From: Opitutaceae bacterium
GTDB taxonomy: Bacteria > Verrucomicrobiota > Verrucomicrobiia > Opitutales > Coraliomargaritaceae
Direction: 5' to 3'
Assembly (NCBI GenBank): GCA_051252375.1
Contig: JBPOFY010000004.1
Coordinates: 32,001-96,000 of the forward strand
DNA length: 64,000 nt
Every line of letters begins with the position of its first letter. Position 1 is the first letter of the stretch. The position numbers and the translations under genes are program-made. Below are positions 10,653 to 20,022 of this stretch, one piece after another. The notes under the pieces were generated by a model, which was not told the origin of the DNA, ran no database searches, and saw only the letters and a program-made list of their open reading frames with translations.

Positions 10653-12455
10653 GTGAAAACACTAAAATTCTTACTCCTACTACTCACCGCTACCGTCTGC
10701 TTTGTTGCCGGATATTTCTACGGGAACAAGGCAGCCCCCGAACCTGCAAACGAGGAGACTCCCACAACAGTCATTGTTGAGGAAGTGCCTGCCACAACCA
10801 TCGAGGATACAACGCCTAAAACAACTCCAGTAGAAGTCGTCGAGCAGCCGACAGACACGACACCCCCAACTGTAAGCAGTGTTCCATTCGAAGTGCGGGC
10901 AAAAGAGCGATTCATCACCTTCACCGATACTCAAGGACGAGAATTAGTTGCCGAAGTCGTCAGCGTCAGCGAAGACAACCTGAAGGTGGCAAAAAAAGGG
11001 GAAATACGTCTGATCACGCTCCCGATCGCCCTACTCTCAGAGAATGATCGAGCCTTTGCCGAATACCTTTACGAGCAAACAAAGAAGCCCGCCCCATCCA
11101 TATCTGGAGCCAATATAATCGTGCACTCACTCGCCGACTTGATGCCCTACTTAGATGACGATGCGGTGAACGTGCAACTAGCGCCGGGCACTTACACCAT
11201 TACAGGCGAAGACGCTCGAAACGGCTTATACCCCAGCCTTACCCAGATTGGTGATAGAGAGATCAAGTCACTACTGCTCTTTAAGGGGAATAATAGCAGC
11301 TATGATTTCACTGGTGTCACTATCAAGGTAGAAACCGAGGTATTTCAGTCTGCTTTAGGCAAATTTCAAGTATTCCAAGTGCATGTTACGGGAAATAAAA
11401 ACGTGATATCGAACTTAACAATGATCGATGTCGGCACGGTCGATGACTTCCCGAAGGGTGGATGCGTGAACATCGTAATGGATGGATCTGACAACCGAAT
11501 CGAGGGGTTCCATGTCACATCGACTGGCTCAAAACCTTATGGCTACGGGGACTCCTTCGGCAAAGGCGGTAAAAACACTGTCATTAAGCATAACAAGCAC
11601 AGCACCTTCTTGATTCGCGGCCTCCGGAATCATGCTAAAGATTGCACGCTCATTCACAGGACCTATGGGCACTGCATGTTCATGCAGGCCGCCAGTTACC
11701 CCACCATCGAGGGGTGTAAGATTGAGGGTGAAATGCGATCGACTGATGACATGCTCGCTGAGAAAGGAACTGGCTCTGCCGCTGACCGTGTGGATTTCAT
11801 GACCACGTGGGGCTACACCTTGCCAGCCGGCTATATGATGAGCACTGGCGAGGCTGGCATTCGCGCATACAATGCTGGCACGACCATCATTAATGGCGAG
11901 GTCATCGAACGAGGCACTGATAATCCTACCATCTTAAATTGCACCGTCAAAAACATGAGGACCGGTGTGACATTAGCCCATGCAACTGGGAAGAAATACG
12001 TTGAAGGCTGCACGCTCATTGGCTGTGAACAGGGCTTCGCAATCGGAACAGGGTCAGTCATTGATTGCTATGCCGATGCGGCTTACGGACCAGTCTATAA
12101 AGGCACTTACGAATCGGATCGTAATACTGAGGTAGAGATCACGATACTTCCTTCAGACACCTATTACAATGGGTCCAAATGCGTCGCTTACCTGAGCGGT
12201 AAAAACCATAACATTACTTTTCGCAGCACAGACCCAAATATAAACAAAGATCTAAAGATCCAGTTCGGCGGTTATTACGATGGTCTACGCGTTCAAGAAG
12301 GCAGCAATCCCAGCCAAAACAATCACGCTGCGTCTGATATCGAAATTAACAACCTCACTGGTTATCCCATCATACTCTCATCGCAAAGTTCAGGTATCAC
12401 TGGAAAATCAAATGGTCCCGTCACCGATGATGGAACGGATAATCGGGTTCGATAG
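10653..12455 (+). CDS. Membrane-anchored beta-helix protein (putative polysaccharide lyase) with Pro/Thr/Glu linker and SHD1-like domain
   Basis: N-terminal TM, PET-rich linker and FITFTDTQGRELVAE...LLSENDRAFA module. The catalytic-like region LAPGTY...GSKPYGYGDSFGKGG...KHS...GHCMFMQ has beta-helix periodicity. Confidence 0.7.
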   Translation: MKTLKFLLLLLTATVCFVAGYFYGNKAAPEPANEETPTTVIVEEVPATTIEDTTPKTTPVEVVEQPTDTTPPTVSSVPFEVRAKERFITFTDTQGRELVAEVVSVSEDNLKVAKKGEIRLITLPIALLSENDRAFAEYLYEQTKKPAPSISGANIIVHSLADLMPYLDDDAVNVQLAPGTYTITGEDARNGLYPSLTQIGDREIKSLLLFKGNNSSYDFTGVTIKVETEVFQSALGKFQVFQVHVTGNKNVISNLTMIDVGTVDDFPKGGCVNIVMDGSDNRIEGFHVTSTGSKPYGYGDSFGKGGKNTVIKHNKHSTFLIRGLRNHAKDCTLIHRTYGHCMFMQAASYPTIEGCKIEGEMRSTDDMLAEKGTGSAADRVDFMTTWGYTLPAGYMMSTGEAGIRAYNAGTTIINGEVIERGTDNPTILNCTVKNMRTGVTLAHATGKKYVEGCTLIGCEQGFAIGTGSVIDCYADAAYGPVYKGTYESDRNTEVEITILPSDTYYNGSKCVAYLSGKNHNITFRSTDPNINKDLKIQFGGYYDGLRVQEGSNPSQNNHAASDIEINNLTGYPIILSSQSSGITGKSNGPVTDDGTDNRVR

Positions 12456-12918
12456 GGAACGCGATCGGCAAAGGTGCTAAAAGACTCCAGCAGGATATAA
12501 AGGCGGACAAGATGCACGAGGCAGCCCATGTTCAGCCTGCCTAAGCTTGCTGGACTAAAAACGGATGCACACATGGATTGAGATACAACATCTGTGTCAA
12601 TCAACCTAAGCTATGTGTCATTCACCGCCCGCTTCCCGCTGCATGCTTCGGGCTACGCAGGACGCAGTCGCTTGAGAACGCGGAGCGCGCAGAGATCGAT
12701 CAAGATCGAAGTCTTTGAATTGAGGCAGGTTTGCTTAGATCCAGGGAAGACTTTGAGGGCAATGCTCTGTCATTGCCGTTCGCAAGGAGCGTTCGAAACG
12801 ACTCAGCCGCAAGTCATACGTGCGGAAACGACGGAGCGTTTCCCTCCAAAGCCTTAGTATTCGTTCTCTAAGCCTCGATGACAAGTAGGCCTTCCCCGCT
12901 AATCGACGATGAACAAAG

Positions 12919-12950
12919 AAAAAGCCCGCCTCCAGAAGGAGACGGGCTTT
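12919..12950 (-). terminator. Rho-independent terminator of the 12978..16973 gene
   Basis: Hairpin aaaaagcccgcctcc-agaa-ggagacgggcttt, with the U-tract on the minus strand. Confidence 0.85.
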
Positions 12951-13247
12951 GAGATTCGTTGAGTCCTAGGGGACTACTTACGGTGCAGGCGTAATGATCA
13001 GGATGTAGAACGCCTCATCCAGAGCACCTGGAACGTCGCTTGGTGCGATCGTGGCATCTCCAACCTGAACCGTTGGGCCGTAGACAGTCGTCCAGCTTGC
13101 AAGTGCAACTGTCAGATCATCCGTGCGACGGATTTCGTAGGTCGATCCATCGTAGGCAGCGAAGCTGAATGATGCGGTCGTGCCGTCGAAGCCGTAATTA
13201 GCAACGAACTCACCAGAGCTGATCTCTTCATCAGTTGGACCAGCAGG
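12919..13247 (-). repeat. Inverted repeat, right copy (partner 8138..8468)
   Basis: Reverse complement reads cctgctggtccaactgatgaagagatcagctct...ccgtaagtagt...taggactcaacgaatctcaaagcccgtctcc...ggaggcgggctttt. Confidence 0.93.
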
Positions 13248-16200
13248 TGTTCCTGCTGCAACTTCAAGTGTGGCAGTAGCCACTGTGAAGGTCCACAGGT
13301 TGCCGTTAACATCGAGCTCCCAAGTGCCATCTAAGTTATCCATAAATGCACCTTCGGTGCTGGTCACACTGAACGTTACGCCCACGTTAGCTGTCAGATT
13401 GGTCGCATTAACAAGCAACCAGCTATTAGCAGGTGTAGTATCTGTTCCAGTGAGATCTAGGTTAAGCGCACCGTTCAGATTCAGCGTGCAAGTCGCCAGA
13501 TCAGTTCCAGTGATTGGGGCACCGGCCACACCATTAGTCGTACCATTGACAGTCGGATAGAGCGTAATGCTTGAACCAGCATCAAGAGTGATTGCACCAC
13601 CCTCAATCCGAGTAAACCCAGAATAGGTCAGCAAACCACCGGAACCGATAGTCTGCGTGCCCGTGCCTTGCTTAACGAAGTTACCAATACGGCCTAGACC
13701 AGTATCGTTATCTTCAATGATACCACTGAAGGTATCACTTCCGTTATCCACACCGATGGTCGTTTGCACATAGCCTGCATCAGCGGTATAACCAGCTTTC
13801 AGCGTTCCGGCACCGGTAAGAACATTCACATTAACATTGGCCTCGGATGTATTGAAGGTAGCTCCGCTTGCGATGTTGAGGTCAGACAAGTTGGCAGTCC
13901 AATTCTCATTCTTGCTTGATCCGGCAATGAAGAGACCGTCTTGGATATCGATCAACGCACCAGATGAGAGAGCAAAAGTGACTCTGTCAAAGTTGATGCC
14001 ATTTGCACCAGACTTCCGCAGGGTACCGTCGCCGGAGATATTTGTTGTCGCGCCCCAGCGATTGTTGAAATCAATCTCTAACGCAGCCCCAGAAGCGATC
14101 GTGACCGTAGGGGAATTACTATCTTGAGTGAACTTCAAGGTGCCCGCTGTAATCGTAGTCGAACCAAGGAAGTTAGCCGCACCCGTAAGAGTAAGCGTGT
14201 CTCCACCAGTCTTTACAATGTTACCGTCGCCACCGATTGGGGAAGCGTAGCTCGCTGCTGTAGCCGCATCGAGTGTCAGTGTAATGCCTCCGCCAACAGT
14301 TGTGGCACCTGTGGTCGTGTGTGTTCCGGCAAGGGTAATGTTGCCATTCACATCAATCGTAGTGTCGCCATAAATACCGATCGCGTCGGTACTTGTGATG
14401 ACGTATGGAGCTGACACATTGGCAAATATCACAGAACCGCCAACAATTTGAACACCGCCAGCTGCGATCGAGATACCCGTCTGAGCCACGGGAGTACCAG
14501 CGCCGCTAGCGTAATACTCGTCCGTGAAGATGGCAGTCAACGATGTCGCAGTTGCTGTGTCGAATGTCACATTGCTGATAGCATCAGCTGGATCGTTATC
14601 GGAGAAGTTCGAAGTTGTGTTTTGATCCCAAGTGACACCACCGAGACCAGTCCAGAGATTCGAACCTGCAGCAATGTCGAAGGTAAGTGTTCCTGTCGAT
14701 TCAGTGAATGTGTAGGTGCCGATTCCTTGTGTAAGTTCCCAGACACCAGAGCCGAAACTTGTTTCGATGAAGTCAACACCAACTTGTTCAGTGAAAATGA
14801 TGAAATCGCCAGGAGTATAATTGGCAGTTCCACCACCACTGGTATCAACTAGCTGCCAGGAGCTTCCAGGGGCTGCTACAGCACCCGACAAATCGATGGT
14901 CATGATACCGCCGAAATTGACTGTTGCACCTGTGGCAACAGAAACCGAGTTAGTGCTACCGGAACCCTTAGGGAAGAAATACGTACTACTGTTGAATAGG
15001 AATGACAGCGTGCCGCCCTCGACGATGAAGTCGCCGATAAAGTTTGGGCTATCTCCATCGAATGTCTGTGTGCCCGAGCCTTCCTTCACGAAGAAGGATG
15101 TAGCAGGAGTGGTGCCACTACTAACTAGCACACCAGTGAAATCACCGCTGCCATTATCTACACCGAATGTAAATCCATCCTGATAGTAAGCGTTATCCAA
15201 ACCAGTGCGAATTTCACCCGCTCCATTGATTGCATCGACGCGGACGTTACCTTCCTGGCCTTGGAAAATAGAACCCGCTTCAACAAACAAGTCAGAGAGG
15301 TTATTCGTCCAGACTTCGTTCGCATTACTACTACCTTGCGTCTCAGTATTACCTTCTAGGGAGATTAAAGCACCTGAGGAGAGCTCAAAGGTTGCAGCTT
15401 GATGTCTCCAGCGCATGAAGTTCGCACCAGTTCTTCTCAATGTACCTGCACCTGTGTATACAACAGGACCAGAGCGGAAACTACCGCCACCAGAATACGT
15501 TAGAGTGGTACCAGCAGCGATATCGACGCTATCGATATCATGTTCCCATTGTCCGCTGTAGGCCAGATCCAACTCACCTTCAGTGACAGTAACAGCAGCG
15601 CTGTAGGTGTCCATGTTTCCAGTTACGGTCAATTTACCAGCACCTGTTTTTTCAAATGTGCCTCCACCGTCAAATTCCTGAGGTCGAGTGATATCTCCGA
15701 CAACATCGAAGACTAGAGCACCGCTACTATTGATCGGACTATTGTTAATTTCTCCGTCTGTGATTCCATCACCGAGTGTCAATGTGTTTCCAGCACCAAC
15801 AGTGGTCACCGCGCTGTATGCATGCGTGCCAACGAGGGTTACAGAGCCACCTCCGCTCATGGAAACGGATGCTGCAGACGCAATACCGTTCGCATCGGAG
15901 CTATTCAAAGTGTAAGAAACAGCGCTGTTAAGGAATGCAATGGCATCACCTGTAACACCACCAACTCCAATATTGATGTTGTTAACTGTGACCGGTTGAG
16001 AGACACCCAAATCGAAGTACTCGTCATCAAACGTAATTGCTCCGAGCTGTGGATCCGCGATGTCGAAAGTTTCCGCTACCAATGTTGCCGCTCTAAGACT
16101 CGTAGAAAAGTTTGCCGTAGTGCTTTGATCCCAAGTAGCTCCACCAGTACCTGTCCAATAATTAGGTTCTGCCGTGACAAGCGTCATAGTAACGCCAGTA

Positions 16201-16973
16201 CCTCCGACATCAGTGACCGTAATAGCGGTATCCGCCACGTTGGTCACAAACTTCGTACCGACAGCCGCATTCACTGCAGCTTCGTCGGCGAAAAGGCCAC
16301 CATATAGAAAATTGAGCGCTCCTCCAGTTGAGAGGAACTCAAAGGCACCATCGTTAAAGTTGCCACCGGAAATCGTATCGTTCAGATTGATCGTTCCGCC
16401 GTCGATCATGAAATAGACTGGACGAGAGCCACTATTGCCCCAGCGATTACAGCTTACGTCTGCATTCAAGATGCCGTCCGAATTCACTCGAACACGGTGC
16501 GCGCCATTATTATGGCGGCCCATGCGGTAGAAATCGTTGGTGAACGTGAGAGTGACCTCTCCAGCCCCACCAATGCCATCACCCACGGTGATAACCTGAC
16601 GGTCAAACGACGCTAGGTTAGTCCAGAAACCCCGGTCGCCACCATCCAAAGTCATTGTAAGAACGCCGCCAGAATTGAGAACTATAGTGGGCGAACCCAG
16701 GGTGCCACCATTGGAACCGCCGTCATATTCGCCACCAAAACCGGGCACATTAGTATCAGGCATGGTTGCGCCATTGAAGACGACAGAACTGCCGTCAGGT
16801 AAGGAAAGACCGGTTCCTGCGCCGTCATCGACAGGTATGCCATTGGCATCCCAGTTGGCTACGGTATTCCAGTCGGTATCGGTGCCACCGGTCCAAGTGT
16901 AGGTGGTTTGAGCCATGACCACTGGGGCGCAAGCCGATATGGCTAAGGCTATTGATAGGAGTCTTTTTTTCAT
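12978..16973 (-). CDS. Large secreted autotransporter-associated beta-strand repeat protein, internally duplicated, same C-terminal module as the 4589 gene
   Basis: Signal peptide and TYTWTGGTDTDWNTVANW start, with KTGAGKLT/KEGSGTQT/KQGTGTQT repeats. C-terminus is GPTDEEISSGEFVANYGFDGTTASFSF...EAFYILIITPAP. Confidence 0.9.
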   Translation of the reverse strand: MKKRLLSIALAISACAPVVMAQTTYTWTGGTDTDWNTVANWDANGIPVDDGAGTGLSLPDGSSVVFNGATMPDTNVPGFGGEYDGGSNGGTLGSPTIVLNSGGVLTMTLDGGDRGFWTNLASFDRQVITVGDGIGGAGEVTLTFTNDFYRMGRHNNGAHRVRVNSDGILNADVSCNRWGNSGSRPVYFMIDGGTINLNDTISGGNFNDGAFEFLSTGGALNFLYGGLFADEAAVNAAVGTKFVTNVADTAITVTDVGGTGVTMTLVTAEPNYWTGTGGATWDQSTTANFSTSLRAATLVAETFDIADPQLGAITFDDEYFDLGVSQPVTVNNINIGVGGVTGDAIAFLNSAVSYTLNSSDANGIASAASVSMSGGGSVTLVGTHAYSAVTTVGAGNTLTLGDGITDGEINNSPINSSGALVFDVVGDITRPQEFDGGGTFEKTGAGKLTVTGNMDTYSAAVTVTEGELDLAYSGQWEHDIDSVDIAAGTTLTYSGGGSFRSGPVVYTGAGTLRRTGANFMRWRHQAATFELSSGALISLEGNTETQGSSNANEVWTNNLSDLFVEAGSIFQGQEGNVRVDAINGAGEIRTGLDNAYYQDGFTFGVDNGSGDFTGVLVSSGTTPATSFFVKEGSGTQTFDGDSPNFIGDFIVEGGTLSFLFNSSTYFFPKGSGSTNSVSVATGATVNFGGIMTIDLSGAVAAPGSSWQLVDTSGGGTANYTPGDFIIFTEQVGVDFIETSFGSGVWELTQGIGTYTFTESTGTLTFDIAAGSNLWTGLGGVTWDQNTTSNFSDNDPADAISNVTFDTATATSLTAIFTDEYYASGAGTPVAQTGISIAAGGVQIVGGSVIFANVSAPYVITSTDAIGIYGDTTIDVNGNITLAGTHTTTGATTVGGGITLTLDAATAASYASPIGGDGNIVKTGGDTLTLTGAANFLGSTTITAGTLKFTQDSNSPTVTIASGAALEIDFNNRWGATTNISGDGTLRKSGANGINFDRVTFALSSGALIDIQDGLFIAGSSKNENWTANLSDLNIASGATFNTSEANVNVNVLTGAGTLKAGYTADAGYVQTTIGVDNGSDTFSGIIEDNDTGLGRIGNFVKQGTGTQTIGSGGLLTYSGFTRIEGGAITLDAGSSITLYPTVNGTTNGVAGAPITGTDLATCTLNLNGALNLDLTGTDTTPANSWLLVNATNLTANVGVTFSVTSTEGAFMDNLDGTWELDVNGNLWTFTVATATLEVAAGTPAGPTDEEISSGEFVANYGFDGTTASFSFAAYDGSTYEIRRTDDLTVALASWTTVYGPTVQVGDATIAPSDVPGALDEAFYILIITPAP

Positions 16974-17510
16974 GATTTTGGGGGTTATATTATGGTTTTT
17001 ACGATTGTAAGCTAAGAAAGAGCTTTCGGGAGCTCTTGTATAAGTGAGTCGCTGTTACGATGACTGCCAGAGTCTCGTGGACCTTTTTCGCAAATCCTCT
17101 ATCGGCATTTCAATTGATTGCCAGGAGTTTGCGTGTGTGCACTGAAGCAGTTGAAGCTCGCAGGAGACATGGGGAAAGGGGGTAGAGAGGGGGAAGCAGG
17201 CAAGGGATTAGGAGGTAATAATAGGGTTGGGGTATATATTGTTCGGGGTGTGTTAAACGTAAGCGTGACTATCCAAAGGTAGATCGCTTGCATTGAACTA
17301 GTGTAAATGGAGAAACACCATCTTGATTATTCACATCTATTTAGCAAGATCAGAAGAGGAGGAAGGTGGTCAAGCGTTTGAATCCGCTGGGGATTCATAC
17401 TCAAGGACTAATAAATGACTACTGATTTAGCGACAGCTACCTAGCCTATAGAGAGATCAACGCAAAGTGCATTGATTGGGCGTGCCCTCCCCCGCTTCGA
17501 TCACCTAAGA

Positions 17511-18242
17511 CTAGGCTTTCTCATCGTGTGAAGCGGCGATGAATGTGACAATCAGCGACCAGAAACAGGTCGCGAGAACGAATAGCGGGACCTGGAGCAA
17601 GCTCGGCAGGGAGTAAATAATGCTCACCCCGGGAATCCAGATACCCCAACTAGCTAGCAGAGAAGGAAAAACCCGCATACGGTAAAACTTGAATGTAAAT
17701 ATGCCGCGCAAGGCCTCAAGCCGGAATCCAAGCCGACGCCATTCATAGGTCCAGACGATGGAGGCCGTGCCCCACAATGGCGTGAAAACAAACTGGTCGA
17801 AGAGGACCTTCTTAATGAGTACCGACGGACTCGCTTCCGAACCGAACCAAATCGCTTGCACACGATACAAGGCATCGACGCCGCAACCCAGCATACCCCA
17901 GAAAGGAAATCCAAAGAGTATATTTCGCACATTTTCCCGGCGTAGCTTCCAGCCCTGATGGAGGATGACCTTAAGGATTTCTGGCAGCACCCCGCCCGCC
18001 AGACCAGTCGCGACAAAAGAGAAACCAAAACCGAACTGACGCTTCCACTCAGCAATCGTTTCAAAAATCGACCGCGAGGGCGTGTGATTAAAATATGCGA
18101 GCACCACCGCTAACATAACTGACCAGATAAAAATGCCCGGCACAAGATTCGCGCGGGCGGCGAGCAGGCCTGCGTGAAATGGAGACTTCGTTAGACTGGG
18201 TTTCGATTGAGACATTCCGCAGATCGCGTGCATTAGGCTCAC
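17511..18242 (-). CDS. Mpv17/PMP22-like membrane protein
   Basis: KKVLFDQFVFTPLW and WGIWIPGVSIIYSLPSLLQVP motifs with several TM helices. Start may be ATG at 18215. Confidence 0.7.
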   Translation of the reverse strand: MSLMHAICGMSQSKPSLTKSPFHAGLLAARANLVPGIFIWSVMLAVVLAYFNHTPSRSIFETIAEWKRQFGFGFSFVATGLAGGVLPEILKVILHQGWKLRRENVRNILFGFPFWGMLGCGVDALYRVQAIWFGSEASPSVLIKKVLFDQFVFTPLWGTASIVWTYEWRRLGFRLEALRGIFTFKFYRMRVFPSLLASWGIWIPGVSIIYSLPSLLQVPLFVLATCFWSLIVTFIAASHDEKA

Positions 18243-18431
18243 GGGCGGTCAGCTTGTCAATTCATCGACTGGAGGTCTACTGACTCTCGCTTGGCACTAG
18301 CTTAAGCGGATTTTTAGAATTTTAGCCGTTCAACCTAGATTCGGGAGTTAGAACTCAGGAGGTAGACGGAGGTCTGCCGTAGATGGCGAAGCAAGTTAGC
18401 ATTTCCGAGTCAGAGACTTACGGAATACTGC

Positions 18432-18857
18432 TGGGTTCTTCGCTATTTTTAATGGGGAGCCAGGCCAGGGCAGCACTGAATTTGAACCACCCGCTCCGCT
18501 TGAGACACAGAGCCACGGAGGAGGCTTGCAAATCGAGAGGTTACTATGACGCTTTAGGCATGAATCATTCACTTCTTGAGGAAGATCTGACGAAGGAAAT
18601 CATTGGCGCTGCCATTGAGGTGCATCGCTACTGGGGACCAGGACTGATGGAGAGCATCTATGAAAAAAGCTTGGCAGTGGAGTTGGAAAAGTGAGCGATC
18701 CCATCTAAGCGACAATTAAAACTGGAGTTGAATTACAAAGGCGCTGTTTTGGACGAAGACTTCCGCTTGGTTCTTTAATGCCAAGGCAACTCATCTCTGT
18801 GTCAGTGGTAAAAAATTTCTTTTTTTGTTAGATCCATTGAAAATAGCGAAGAACCCA
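18432..18857. mobile_element. Putative non-autonomous element bounded by 24-bp terminal inverted repeats, carrying a GxxExxY pseudogene
   Basis: TGGGTTCTTCGCTATTTTTAATGG (18432-18455) versus CCATTGAAAATAGCGAAGAACCCA (18834-18857) is 23/24 complementary. No transposase and no clear target-site duplication. Confidence 0.5.
18560..18778 (+). pseudogene. GxxExxY (PD-(D/E)xK-like) protein pseudogene
   Basis: [44 protein letters not shown], then an in-frame TGA at 18692-18694. Homology continues (AIPSKRQLKLELNYKGAVLDEDFRL) to a premature TAA; the C-terminal half is missing. Confidence 0.85.
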
Positions 18858-18965
18858 TTAAGGACTCACCAAATTGGCGAACCTCTCTGATACTGTAAAC
18901 AACTGATGATCTGGGACTAACTCCTGACTACTAGCTTCTAACTACTCTTTTAGGTTCAAGAAGCT

Positions 18966-19012
18966 CCTCCCCAACCAAGGGGAGGTGTCTGCGCTAATCG
19001 CAGACGGAGGGG
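18966..19012. repeat. REP-like double hairpin immediately after the stop of the isomerase gene
   Basis: cctcccc-aaccaa-ggggagg and gtctgcg-ctaat-cgcagac, followed by ggagggg. Confidence 0.6.
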
Positions 19013-19915
19013 TTATTTATCTCGGACCTGCTCTAGGCGTTTGCGCGTCGCATTCAACCCAGCGTAGCCACCGTATTCGATGCCACAGTGACCGCGAAAT
19101 CCAGTTTCAGTCACCAGTTTCAGCATGCGCTCAAAATCCATCGGCGATTGCTGACCTTTATCGTCCCAAACCTTGTCTTTGATCGACACTCCTTTAGCCC
19201 ACTGCATGAGCTTCTTTACGCCCCGATACGAATCGTAGGATTCACCATTCGCGATGCGAAAATTTCCCGTATCCGGCAAGGTGCCGCAGTTTGGGTGGTT
19301 CACTCGCGTCATGACTTCCGCCAGCCAATCGGCGTTACTGGAAAGACCGCCGTGATTCTCAACGATTACGTTCAAGCCCATTGCCGCGCCGTGCACGGTG
19401 AGTCGGGAAAGTCCGTCCGCCGCGAGCTCGACCTGACGTTCCCAACTGCCGGAGCTGCGCGCGTTGACGCGTATGGAATGGCAGCCAAGAAACTTAGCCG
19501 CATCGAGCCACTTGCGGTGGTTCTCGATGGTTTGGGCGCGCTTCTTTTCATCGGGGTCGCCGATGCTGCCCTCACGATCGCACATGATGATTAGATTGCG
19601 GACGCCATGATCGGTCGCACGCTTTTTCATTTCGGCGAGGTATTTCACGTCCTTCGCTTTATCCATAAAGAACTGGTTCACATATTCAACCGCATAGATT
19701 TTGTGATCCGCGGCGACTTTGGCGAAGTCCAAGTGATCAATCTTTCCGGAGAACAACTCACGTTGAATCGTCCATTGCGCGAGTGAGATTTCAAACAGGG
19801 GCGACGCTTTCTCCTGAGCAATCAAGCGCGGCAATAAGCCCAAGCTTCCGGCAGCGATGCCAGCTTGCAAAATGAATTGGCGACGTGGAATCGCGAGAAC
19901 CGAAGAAGTCTTCAT
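19013..19915 (-). CDS. Tat-exported sugar phosphate isomerase/epimerase (xylose isomerase-like TIM barrel)
   Basis: RRQFI twin-arginine signal; ISLAQW, VEYVN, VENHGG, DTGNF and GIEY motifs. Start set at ATG 19915. Confidence 0.88.
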   Translation of the reverse strand: MKTSSVLAIPRRQFILQAGIAAGSLGLLPRLIAQEKASPLFEISLAQWTIQRELFSGKIDHLDFAKVAADHKIYAVEYVNQFFMDKAKDVKYLAEMKKRATDHGVRNLIIMCDREGSIGDPDEKKRAQTIENHRKWLDAAKFLGCHSIRVNARSSGSWERQVELAADGLSRLTVHGAAMGLNVIVENHGGLSSNADWLAEVMTRVNHPNCGTLPDTGNFRIANGESYDSYRGVKKLMQWAKGVSIKDKVWDDKGQQSPMDFERMLKLVTETGFRGHCGIEYGGYAGLNATRKRLEQVRDK

Positions 19916-20022
19916 GGTGATGTAAGTTACATAGAATGACTCGTTTGCCAACGGCATACCGCATGCTCGAACCATTCCTGCTTGCGCGAGAACTGAATAC
20001 GTCCAAATAATAACATCGCTAT

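Noticed and set aside
12594..12857. 87-aa ORF between convergent genes
   Set aside because: It has no recognisable motif and overlaps repeat-like sequence.
8138..13247. Diversity-generating retroelement TR/VR pair or composite transposon
   Set aside because: Differences are not adenine-specific, both copies are coding, and no reverse transcriptase or transposase is present.
4589..16973. Classical type Va autotransporters
   Set aside because: Neither protein has a ~300-aa C-terminal beta-barrel or a terminal aromatic residue; both end in a short module finishing with Pro.
18383..18559. N-terminal extension of ORF 18383..18694
   Set aside because: It runs through the inverted repeat and palindromic flank; recognisable homology starts only at ATG 18560.
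18692..18694. TGA recoding (selenocysteine or alternative genetic code) in the GxxExxY gene
   Set aside because: The gene is also truncated 28 codons later, and TGA ends a normal gene here (57481). A CGA->TGA mutation is simpler.
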